Below, piece by piece: positions 1 to 10,556 of a stretch of 64,000 nt of DNA (positions are counted from its first letter, which is position 1; every line of letters begins with the position of its first letter). The DNA lies in the NCBI RefSeq assembly GCF_022539665.2, contig NC_081332.1, positions 3,286,001 to 3,350,000 on the forward strand, written 5' to 3'. The notes beneath the pieces were generated by a model. It saw only the letters and a list, made by a program, of their open reading frames with translations. It was not told where the DNA came from and did not search any database. The stretch is from Daphnia carinata. Lineage: Eukaryota. The position numbers were made by a program, and so were the translations under genes.

Positions 1-78
1 GTCCTCATTTCAGGCCGGTACGGATTCCGTTGAAACTGCAGCGTTACGGCTCCACCACCGTTCACCAAAATGTCAAAC
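1..78 (-). CDS. Ten-a: Teneurin coding exon 14, partial ([25 protein letters not shown]...)
   Basis: GTGCAG acceptor at 79-81 completes the Trp codon; conserved [17 protein letters not shown] motif; runs off the window. Confidence 0.95.
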
Positions 79-155
79 CTGCACATGAATTTCGCCGAAA
101 ATAAAATACTTAAGCCGTAAATAAACGCTCATTTTGGGGATATTGATCCGCTTAC

Positions 156-275
156 CATCCGCCGTGACGTGTAAGAGTGAAACCCAAACGAGGATGACGA
201 TCGACGCTGACACGAACACCCACCACGCCTAATCCTTGTTGAGACAAGACTCTTCCGCGTAATACTGCCACTCTC
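156..275 (-). CDS. Ten-a: Teneurin coding exon 13 ([40 protein letters not shown])
   Basis: Poly-T CAG acceptor and TG|GTAAGC donor; start of the transthyretin/carboxypeptidase-regulatory-like domain. Confidence 0.95.
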
Positions 276-372
276 CTGAAAAAAAAAAAAAGAAGTTCAA
301 AAGAACACGCAAGAAAAGCCATGAAATCGCAATCCTTCGACAAACAACAATCGCTTCCAAGAAATTCCTTAC

Positions 373-772
373 TTATCGACGTATTCGTCCTTGTGGGCGT
401 AGCTTTGAACGGCGTTGTCTTCGACGAGAAACTTCACCCGCTGATAGAAACTGCTGGTGCCGCTGTTGGATAGGGTCGGCTTACGGGCGGCGATGTCGGC
501 CGGATCGGCGGAGGCGAGGCACATCAGATGGTCGGTGCAGGACGGATTGGAACAGCAGTCGCTATCGGCGCAATCCGTCAGTCCGTCGCCGTCGTTGTCC
601 TTGTCGTCGCCGCATTCCGTTTCCGTCATGATGGAACAATCGGATCCGGTCCAGCCGGGCGCGCATTCGCAGCTGAACTGGTTCGTCTGCAACAAGCTGT
701 TGATTCCGCTTCCGACTTTGCCGCTCTGCAAGCAAACGCCACGGTTGTTGCCACAATTGCCAGGACACCCGT
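373..772 (-). CDS. Ten-a: Teneurin coding exon 12: EGF8-like repeat and Cys-rich region ([24 protein letters not shown]...[11 protein letters not shown])
   Basis: TTGCAG acceptor and AA|GTAAGG donor; diagnostic teneurin motifs. Confidence 0.96.
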
Positions 773-862
773 CTGCAAAGCACCCCCGTGAAAATCCGTT
801 CATTATCACCGGCTGATTGTCTTAAGTTAATTAAGATTTGACGGTGCGGGGTTGATCTTTAC

Positions 863-1060
863 CGAGCGTGCAATGACGTCCGTTCCATCCGCGGGAGCAG
901 ATGCAAGTTCCGTTGACGCACTGTCCGTGCTGGCTGCATCGGGGATCGCACGACGTCGACACCAGGTGGCAACGGGAGCCGGTCCATCCTGGCGAGCAGA
1001 CGCAGCTACTGTTGACGCAACGGCCGTTCTGTCCGCAATCCGATTGGCAAGTCAAAAGGG
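863..1060 (-). CDS. Ten-a: Teneurin coding exon 11: two EGF repeats (EGF6- and EGF7-like, ending GWNGRHCTL)
   Basis: TTGCAG acceptor and G|GTAAAG donor; [29 protein letters not shown] is the hallmark teneurin EGF7. Confidence 0.95.
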
Positions 1061-2291
1061 CTGCAAGGTCGTCAATGAAAGAAAACGATGAACATTGCAT
1101 TACAAATAAAAATGAAGCCATCAATGGTAGATCAGAAGGTCAAATTAATATGTTCCCCCAACTTCTATTCGGTCGATCATCTATTATATTCCAGAGATAA
1201 TAAGACGAGGGAACTGGGAAATCAATTTCGCTCCACTGCCAACACAACCGCCCTCCCTGCCGCACACGGATGGCTCCTTGCTCATGATTTTTGTTTACCA
1301 AGTGTCACACCCTAGAACACTAGGTCTCCTACGAGGATTGGACAACTGAAAAGGATTACTTTGTGGCAACACGCGCGCGTGCAGATTGACGAGATTTTGC
1401 TGCATGCGTGCCGGATACACACCCTGCGGTATACTGTCGGATGCGATGTTTGCTGAGCGCGGCTAATCCGCTGGAGAGTGGTTCTAAGGGCGAGCATGTT
1501 TACCCAAACGCTCTACTGCAAACGCCACTCTTCCCCCCTTCCCATTTTTTTTTTTTTTTTTTTTCTGCTGATTGTTGACTCAACGCTTTGCTCGCTGTAC
1601 CTGACCGTGATCCTTCCCCATTCGGAGGACCAACAAAAAAAAAAATAGAACTCAATTTCGTGATCGAATCTAATAAAAATGCGGAGACACAAGACCTTGA
1701 TCGTAACGCAAGGCTCTGGACAGCAATGGCAGGAGAGAAAAACCATAAGACGAAAATTGGAGTGCTGTGTTACTATTGTGATATCTAAGTATATCCAATG
1801 AAGAAAAAAAAAAAAAAAAAAAAAAAAAAAAGAAGAGACGAAACAAGCACACGGCTTGATATCGTTCTCTTTTTTTTTCTGTTTGGGTGGTGTTTCGTCA
1901 TGGTAGCGAGATCTTCCTTTATCTTTTCCCTTTTAGGGTTTTTTTTTTTTTTTTTTTCGTTCGTTCCTTTGTTTGAGTTAGTCCATCCATCTAAAGCGAA
2001 ACCTATCTCACTGGATATATTGGCTCTCGGATCTCTTTTCACTTCCGCGCTGACAGACGCTCGAATTTCCCTGGCTAGTGCTACCATGACGACTAATGCG
2101 TCGAGTAGAGGACGAAGAGATAAAAGAGCCCAGTAGAAGATCATCAAAGAACCCAGAATAAAAAAAAAAAAGGGAAAGTCGACGACATGGAACACATACC
2201 GAGCGCCTTCTTTCATCATCGGATTATAAAAACAAAAACAAAAAAAAACAAAAAAAAACGGAGAGTGAACGTTAAGTATGTTGGAACTTAC

Positions 2292-2534
2292 GAGTTTCGC
2301 ACGAGGCGCCAGTGTGCTCGGCGTCGCACTGGCAACGGCCGTTGACGCACGTTCCGTGCACCGAGCAAGGGATCGAACAGCTGATGACGAATCCGCTGCC
2401 AGGAGCCAATGAACTGGAAACGGCGCCGAGTTCGCTGTAAGGTTGATCGCACTCTGCACCTGTCCAGCCGGCTTCGCAATGGCAACGGCCTCCACCGTAA
2501 GCTCCTCGTCCGCTGCACAAAACCGGGCACACAC
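2292..2534 (-). CDS. Ten-a: Teneurin coding exon 10: EGF2 (odd-Cys, CPVLCSGRGAYGGGRCHC), linker, and one further EGF repeat
   Basis: TTTTAG acceptor and C|GTAAGT donor, phase 1-1; EGF cysteine spacing. Confidence 0.95.
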
Positions 2535-2545
2535 CTAAAATCAAT

Positions 2546-2579
<34 letters not shown>

Positions 2580-2643
2580 GGAAATTTTATTTTTAAAAAT
2601 GTGAATCTAAAAAAATAAATAATCGTGGGAGAAAGAAATTTAC

Positions 2644-3327
2644 TTGTTGAGCAGTCTGTTCCGGCGAATCCGTCGCGGCAAAGGCACTTGCCGTTGAGGC
2701 ACTGCCCTCGCCCGTTACAATCGTCCGGACAAGGAGTGGCCACTTCGTTGGTCAGCGTCAAACCGATGGCCACTTCCTGCCGCTGCAAGTCGTCGTTGTA
2801 GACGGCCAGGAACCAACGGCCGGGCTCGACCGGTTTGACGAGCGACGTGTTGTAGTAGATGGGCCGGTTGCCAGCCGCCGAGCTGGATGAATTCAGCTGA
2901 CGCCGGAATCTGGCCATCAACGTCTCGTCTTGGACAAATTGGCTAAAATCGTGTTGCGTGATGGAAGGTGCGGCGTTGCGACGTCCGTACAACGCGAACG
3001 GGGCTCCTCGGGGTAGTTGGACTTCTATCCGAAGAGCAGATTGGCTACCGCCAATTTGCACGTAGGCTACCCACAATTGAGCCGGTTCGATCGTCAGAAG
3101 CTTAAAACGGCCATCGGCTTCCAGTTCCAAAGCTCCGTTAGTCGATGAGCTGATAGACACCGGACCACTGAGATCCGGTAAAGACGGGCCGTTACTGGAA
3201 GGCGTTTCATTCAGAGAAATCGGTTGTTCCTGTCGTGACGGTCGTCCTGTTCCGCCATCGCCAGGACTACCACCAGGATCTCCGTTACTCGCTACGGAGC
3301 TGGAAGCAGTTCGAGGCGGTGCAGATT
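2644..3327 (-). CDS. Ten-a: Teneurin coding exon 9: S/P/G-rich linker, Ig-like region (FALYGRRNAAPSITQHDF, GRWFLAVYND), RFRR site and EGF1
   Basis: 684-nt open frame between a CTTAG acceptor and an A|GTAAAT donor, with conserved teneurin motifs. Confidence 0.93.
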
Positions 3328-3411
3328 CTAAGTTTCAAATTGCGGGAAAAAAAAAGAGGCCAACATTGAAACATCCGATAATCTGCCGCGTTCCGTTCAA
3401 TTAAAACATAC

Positions 3412-3525
3412 CTTTAACGGGCATTTTACTATTGTTATTCTTCTCTTCTCGCGGCAGCGTGACTTGGGCGTCTTCAATCAGAATGCAATTCGGATCTGAC
3501 ACCGTCGATGCGCCAATGGAACTCA
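3412..3525 (-). CDS. Ten-a: Teneurin coding exon 8 (VSSIGASTVSDPNCILIEDAQVTLPREEKNNNSKMPVK)
   Basis: CAG acceptor and AAG|GTATGT donor, phase 1-1; contains the Ten-a-like NCIL motif. Confidence 0.88.
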
Positions 3526-3620
3526 CTGCCGTGAAATAAAAAAGAAAGAAAATTAAACAATCGATTATTAACGAGTCCCCTCCTTTTGCAAACATTCATT
3601 TCGATTGTTGTTGTTTGTTG

Positions 3621-3650
<30 letters not shown>

Positions 3651-3651
<1 letters not shown>

Positions 3652-3923
3652 GGTGAAATAGGCGAGGGCGGCTGCTAGTAAACCACAGGTGAGCAAAAGG
3701 GCGATGGCCAAAAGGCGCCAGGAGCATTGAGGGGTGGCGCAGCCTTTTCCAGGCCCACCGCCTACACCACGGCCTCCGCCAATGACGCCCAATCCGAGGT
3801 GGTGATGATGATTCATGTCGGCACCGGATGACGACGACCGAGCATCGCCGTTGCCCCGGCGCATCAGCCAAGACGATTGCAGCGACGACGTCAACGTTTG
3901 TCGGCTCGTGCTCGTTCCGTGTC
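3651..3923 (-). CDS. Ten-a: Teneurin coding exon 7: end of ICD and transmembrane helix (CSWRLLAIALLLTCGLLAAALAYFT)
   Basis: Teneurin CSW(K/R) juxtamembrane motif followed by a hydrophobic helix at about 3652-3714; donor G|GTAAAA. The upstream boundary is a weak TAAG acceptor, and an in-frame TAA limits further extension. Confidence 0.88.
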
Positions 3924-4988
3924 CTTAACGCAATTAAGATCCAATCAGCGTGAAACTTCACCGTGACAATGTCAAACATTTTACACAATTATAACATTAG
4001 AAAATGGGCTTTGCTCGCTGTTAGCGAAACTAGTAGCGACAGTTGCCGCTGGCTACCCCTGTACGGAAATTGTTCTCAATTAAACGGGGCAATATTACGC
4101 ACACACGCGCACACAAAGAGGAATGGCGACGTCGAGCGTCTGGCCTAAGGGGGGTCGTAAATATATACAGTCTAATTGGTTGGTTGCCGAGCAGTTCTTG
4201 ACACAGTCAACTACGAAAGGCCTAGCGACTTGCCTAATTGGCAAGAAGTCTATCGTGTGTGCGTGTGTGTCTAAACACAAGTTAGAGAACATTCCGCTCG
4301 TTATTAGCAGCAAATCAACTTTCGCGCCTGCAGCAAACGAAAGAAAACAAAAGCCAATCAAAAATATTTGTTTTTTTTTTTTTTTTTTTTTGCTTCAAAG
4401 AAGTCTCAACAATGCGTTCTCGTTTTAAATGAACTTCTGGAATACAAAAAGTTTTGATTAAAATTCTTTTTTTTTTCCCCCAAAATTGGCTGTTCAAATA
4501 AGGAAAATGACGTGAGACGTTGGATGATGTCGATGAATGTACGTTCGAACAATCGCTATCTTATAAAATATAATTGGCTTTTCTTTTCTGTGTTTTTCTT
4601 TTTTCATCTCGAACGATTTCAATAGCTAGAACAAGAAGACGCAAAGCCGCCCTGAGGGGTAAACATGGCAGTGGTCGATGAAGGTTCATGGGATACGTAT
4701 AATCAGACTGGCTCACATCAAATGGAGCCGATTTCAAGTAAGGGAGTAGGTAAAGGTTTAGATTACATCGACGCTTTTCTTCCGCCCCCCCCCCCATCGC
4801 TAGTGGGGGTTATAATGATGTAGAGAGCCAGCCAAGCGCATAGCATATAATTGAGTCAGCTTATACATTCACATGGAGACGTTGTCGTGGTACGACAGTG
4901 AAGGACGGTGGGCAACGTTAAATTGCTCCCAATTTTTTTTTCTTCTTGTTTTTCAAGATTTGAAAAGATCAGCTCATGTTTGACTGAC

Positions 4989-5212
4989 CTGGATGATTGT
5001 ATCTGGTTGAATGACTGCTACTAGTGTGACTGGCTCCGCTGTGATGGTGCGGCTCGTGCTGTGTGCCGTGCATCAAATCGTGACCTTGACTGGGCAGCAA
5101 AGTCATGACGAGACGGCCAGAAGGATCGCCCGGTACGGGTGTCAGCACGTGGTGATTGTTGGGAGCGTTCATCATCGACGACGAGACCGTGTTCGGTCCG
5201 TTGTGGTGTCCC
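4989..5212 (-). CDS. Ten-a: Teneurin coding exon 6 (GHHNGPNTVSSSMMNAPNNHHVLTPVPGDPSGRLVMTLLPS...RYNHP)
   Basis: TTACAG acceptor; only the phase-2 frame stays open through the exon; donor CAG|GTCAGT in phase 1. Confidence 0.82.
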
Positions 5213-8200
5213 CTGTAAGTTTAAAAAAAAAAAATAAAAAATAAACCGATGATTCAAAATGGCGATAATCAATATCAATCAAATAATCGATAAATTCAAT
5301 TTCACAAAAAAAGAAATAAAAAGAGAAAAAGTCTGCAATGTAAAGTAAAGCCCTTTCGATTCCGTTGGGAACTGCAGGCTAATGGAGTTGGATTGTAGGT
5401 TATCCATACACTAGTAGAGGAACGCAACTGTCGGGTTGTTGGCCGACTCATTTACAGAGTGCCAGCGCAGCCCGAGCTACATAAAACGCGATTGAAACAG
5501 AACCCACCCTCCACCCCCCCCCCCCCCCCCAAAAAAGGGAGAAAAACACAAACGAAAAAGAGAGAGAGAAAAACTAATCAAGACGAAGGGCTCACGAGAT
5601 CGTGTTTATAAAGTCTATGCGAGTAGTATAATATCCGAGTAAGGCCACAGCTATGAAACACGGCGGGTGATTGTCACAGTGTGTCTCTGTGTTTTGGAAT
5701 TAGATTGGATCAGTCACACAGCACTGGTGGGACTAATACAATTTTAACCTAAAAAATTTCCTGTGGGCTTGTCTCTTTTCTTCCTTGTTACGTTGCATTG
5801 TCGTTCTTTTTCTAATCCATTTCTTTTGTCTCTTTTTCGCTTGTTCTCGTAGAGACGTTAATGACGATTCGCCGTTGGCGACGATATCTATGACCGACCA
5901 GGTCACGGCCCTGTCGTCGACGACTCATTCCCCTTCTTTTTGCCTCTATTTGGTTCCAAGTTCGATATCCGACCTCCTCCTTTTTTTTCCATGTCCGCTT
6001 CATCTCTTCGAAAGAAACCAAAAGCCAAAGCCAAAGCCAAAAAAAAAAAAAAAAAAAGGGCGATCATCAGTCGCTCACAAAGGCCCCCCTTCGCCCAAAA
6101 CAGAAATCGTTCATCGATTATTGATTCTTTCTTCTTTAGGAGCGGGAGGAAAAGCAGGGACCGCAAGAAGGAAAGTCGATTCGGTGACTGGACTCTATAG
6201 AGAAAAGTAGACCAAGAAAAGAAAAGCTTAACCTAATCAATAGAATGACACATCCCGTCTTTCCATTTACTGTTTCTATTTTTGCTCCCTTTTTTAAATA
6301 CCTATTTTCGCTTGAGATGACCTTTCGAAAAGAAAGGGTCAAGCCTTTCTTTCAAATGCCAATTCAATTCGTGCGTGCCCGTCTGTTCGGACAGCTGGAC
6401 TACGGCGCGAGGAGGGACCATTTAAATACAATCGATATCAATGTTTCACGACCTAATAAAAACAACAAGACGATGCGAAATAAAAACAGCAAGAGGCCAA
6501 TGCGATATCCGAAATAAGAACAAAAAAGGCCGGAAAGTCGAAATGTAAGAGCTTGATAGTGTATGCACCGGAAGGCCCTGCTCACCAATTCCAAAGAATA
6601 ACAACAAAAAAAAAAGGGGTGTTTTCTTTTTGTTTTTTTTTTGTTTTTTTTTTGGCTCTGTGGACACACTCGGCCGTGTGTACGTGTACAAAAGTCTGTG
6701 AACGTGATCGTGATTGGCATTCAAGATCTTCTCTGTGTAGGTCCTCTATGTGTTAGTGTATTCTACTCTGGGGAGAGCCCATTGTCCCGTTTCCCCCCTT
6801 TCAAGACAAAAGTCGTGAAACAACAAAGTCGACTTGGCACTGTGGATATAAAAAAAAAAAATGCCCTTTCATTTTCCTCCCAATTTTTTTTTTTTTTTTT
6901 TTTTTCTCTTTTGTAGCCGAGTTTTGTAGATTCGCTTGTTCGGACATCCTGCCTAGTACACATAGGGAAGATGTGATTCCCGACGGAGTTTTACATTCCG
7001 TGTGCTAGCGTGTTTAGTGTTGACATTTACCGGCCGCTTGTCCTCTTAAAGCTCGAAGGAAAAAAAGCAAGACAACTTGAATGTATAGGGCCTGACTTGC
7101 CGCTAGCCCGCTCCTGTCCTCTTCACGCTCCCAATCCAGCTTCCTTTCCAATAAACATTTCTGTATACACTATTCTTCGTTTCACTGCTTCGTTTTCTCT
7201 CCTCTCCCGTCTATTTTTTTTATTCTGTTTCCTTTTCATGCGTTTTTTTTTTCGCCAACATACAGCAATCGTGATTTTTTTATTTCTATCGTGAAAAAAA
7301 AAAAAAATATGCTCAACACCAAACGGTGAGCGAGCGCCACGCCCTTCATCTTATGGGGTAATTTTTGTAGCGCGTTGCGTCGAAACGTTCCATATGTGTT
7401 GATCCGCTGTTGTTATGAGGGTGCGGCCGGGCAAAGGGGCGCTGCGGCCAAAGAAATTATTTCTCCCCAACATTTATAGATACATTTTTTTTTTTTTTTT
7501 TATCTATGCCGGCCATCTGTTATGACTACCAAAGAGAGGCAAACAACAGCTAGGAGGGACTGTCATACTTATTCTATCTCTTCCTTTATATCTATCTATA
7601 TTTATTTATATAAATATATATATCCCAATCTCTCTCTGCGCTATTTTTCTTTTTTTTTTTTTTTATGAATTATTATTATTGTTATTATTGCCGCGACGTG
7701 CGAGTGTCTATATTGGATTGCATCGAGCATTGACGATCGTGAAAAAAAAAAGTAATGGCGTATGAACCAGTTCGGATTTGATTTTCTTTTCCCCGTTTTG
7801 TCCCGACCGTGCACGAGATACTATCGCCAAACGAATAAAAAATGTTAAAAAAAAAGGGGGATGATGAAACGAGAGAACTAGAGAACAGCGACCTTTTGCC
7901 ATCGATAGTTTGCAGATTCTCTTCGAAGACGATGACGTTATTTCAAAGGAAAGTTGATCAAAATAAAAAAAATAAAATAAGATGGAGATGGTGAAGCATC
8001 CGGAGGGAAAAGAGGGTTAGACACACAACAACCTCAAGAGGTTTATTTTTTCTTCTTTTTAAACCGCAAGTCAAAAACCTTAACAGCCAATACTGTCGAC
8101 CGACGATCGATGATTTGCTTTTTCTATCCCAATCTGACGTCTTGTCCTCCCACACTAACTGCACTCTCCCTCTCGCAGAAAAATCTAGTCCATCCGACGG

Positions 8201-10462
8201 CGGGGGGGGGGTATGAGGTTTGGGTTTGACTGATTACCATGACGACCAACCTATTGGATATTCGCTTCACGTTTCAGCTTATAATACAAACGTAAATAAA
8301 GCATAAGCGAGTGGTGGCGCAAAGAGGAAAAAAAAAAAAAAAGAATTCAACGGAATCGCAAGTCTAGTTGGGTCGCAACAGTAGTATTGAACCATCCGTT
8401 GCTAGTGCAACCATGTCAGACAAGCTGCTAGTCTACCACTCGAATTCTAGGACGATCGTAGGATTTTTTTTTTCTGGAAAAGCAACAGCAAAATAAATCT
8501 ATTTTTTTTTTAAACCTTGTAGTCTTTACTTTAGAAAGGAAAAAAAAAAGAGGTTCCATCAGAGTTGGTAGGTTTCCCAACGGTAGGATAGAACGGGAAC
8601 GAAATGAAAATTTTGCTTCCTTAAATATTATATTTATTTTTTTTTTAAAGAAAAGAAATGAAAAAAAAAAAGAGGAAGAAGTAGAGGAAGCAACGAAGGT
8701 CTAAGTTTCATGGGCCGGAACGAAAGGTTCTGTAGAGATCTCCGGAGAGTCGTCTTTGGTATATACACATACAAACACACTAGAGGCACCGGGAGCGGTT
8801 TTGACGATAGGGGGCTCGATTCCCGCATGTGTCGTGAGTGCTGCCGTGTCACGGAAACCTGGGTGGGCTGAACCAATTCCTCAATCCTCTCAGACGGAAG
8901 TGATGTCGTCGGTATATGACTCCCCGACCCGCCTACGCCCCCCCCCCCTGCCTGTTCCAAAACGGAAACTTCCATTGCCGCGATTCTTCCGCTTTCAATT
9001 TTCATTCCTCTCCCTTTTCTCTTGTACCCTCATATTCCAAGCTTTTCATATCATTCGTTAGCGAACTTTTGTCACCAGGGTTTGAGTTCGTCGCTCGTAT
9101 GTTCTCCCTCACAACGCGCAGATTGCCCTCGAATTTAATATTTTCAAAAAATAGAAATAAAAGAGGAGGGATAAACAAAACAAAGGACATTCACGAGTTC
9201 CAACGATTTGGATGAAAATCAAAGATGCAATGTGTATAAAAAAAAAGAAAAGAGAAGACTATTCCAGAGTTTGGCGCCTGCTATACCAAAGGGCCCAATC
9301 CCCCTGACGACTTGCTCGTCGTTTGGGTCGCGCGGGATCAAGACAGCCGTTCAACTGATGCAAAATAGGCGACTTTTGTGGCTTATAAAGTGGGGTGTGG
9401 ATTGGGGAGGAGAGACGCAGCCGGAGCGCTTCTTCGTACCTCTAAAAAACGTCTTTATGAAATTCGAGCGCAGCCACCCCCACCCCCCCCTTCCCTCCTT
9501 GTGCATCGCATGATTGGTTTATGCAAACATCTTGAGTTGCCTCCAAAACGCAAAAGTTGACTGGAGCGTATAGCAACCAACTGATAATGGAAGCCTTAAA
9601 AAAAAAAAAAAAAATAATAATAATAACTGGGACCGACCGTCTTTCTTTCCCCCCTCCCACATCTTTAAAATAAAATACAATCGCGTAGTTCCAGTTCTAA
9701 ACGGCGAAATGTATATAAAAAAAAGATGTATTTCTACAATATTGCGCAGTTTGAAGCAGTCCGTTTTTCTTATTGAACGCAAAAAATTATCAAAACATTA
9801 GATCCCTTTCCGCTGAAAAGGGCTGGACCGTGCGAGCGAATGCACGTGTCGTTTGATCTGCGTTTCTCTCTCTTTTTTTTTTATGTTCGGGAGTGGCCTT
9901 GCCTGCGTCTCTTCTGACTGCCGTTTCATCTACCCCTACGCATTAGAAACTGGATAGACGAGTTGTCCTAGGGTGGCGACTGTCGAAACACAAGCCTAAT
10001 ATGCATAATTCTATTTTGCTAAAACGGCTGCTGCCGCCGCAGTAGCCGAAACGGACACTAAACCAAGCGGTAAAAGAAAAAAATAAATAAAAGAAAACGC
10101 AAAAAGAAAAAGCTATTCATTTGACACGGGTGTTAAACTCCCGCCGTTTCCAGTAGTAACATCAGCAGCATAACTAGTGTAACACACTCAAGGGACTATT
10201 GCTCTCATGTATAATTGTGCTACTGTGCACTGCACATGTCTAGCTCATTATACCGCCCGTAACACTATTAAGTACACTTGAAAGTGGGCACTCAAAAGTA
10301 AGTTGAAACCGAGTCCAAGTGAATAAGATGAGAGCCACCCCCCACCCTCCACCCCCAAAAAAAAAGTTTTTTTTTTTTTTGTTTCTGGCTGTGCGAAAGT
10401 TCAAAGCGAACGTCAAGTGCCTCATGTGGAAAGCGTTAAAGTTAAAAGACGTCAAAGCGTAC

Positions 10463-10556
10463 CTGTTTAACGTGTTATGGCCGAGCGTGTGACTGCCGTG
10501 CTGGCGATTATTGTCGGCCGGTAGGAAGTTCCAGCCGGAATTCGAAGGTGCCTTGC
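10463..10556 (-). CDS. Ten-a: Teneurin coding exon 5 (GKAPSNSGWNFLPADNNRQHGSHTLGHNTLNR), 94 nt, absent from the ORF track
   Basis: Strong polypyrimidine tract plus CAACAG acceptor; donor CAG|GTACGC. It is phase 1 to phase 2, exactly what is needed to bridge exon 4 and exon 6. Confidence 0.8.

Noticed and set aside
457..1200. Plus-strand ORFs overlapping the EGF exons
   Set aside because: These are antisense shadows of GC-rich teneurin coding exons.
8634..9005. Minus-strand ORF MEVSVLEQAGGGGVGGSG... as an extra teneurin exon (possible phase 1 to 2 via GCAG and GTATGT)
   Set aside because: The acceptor is weak and the frame runs through a G homopolymer. The 10463-10556 exon supplies the same phase bridge with much better splice signals. 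It cannot be fully excluded without RNA-seq.
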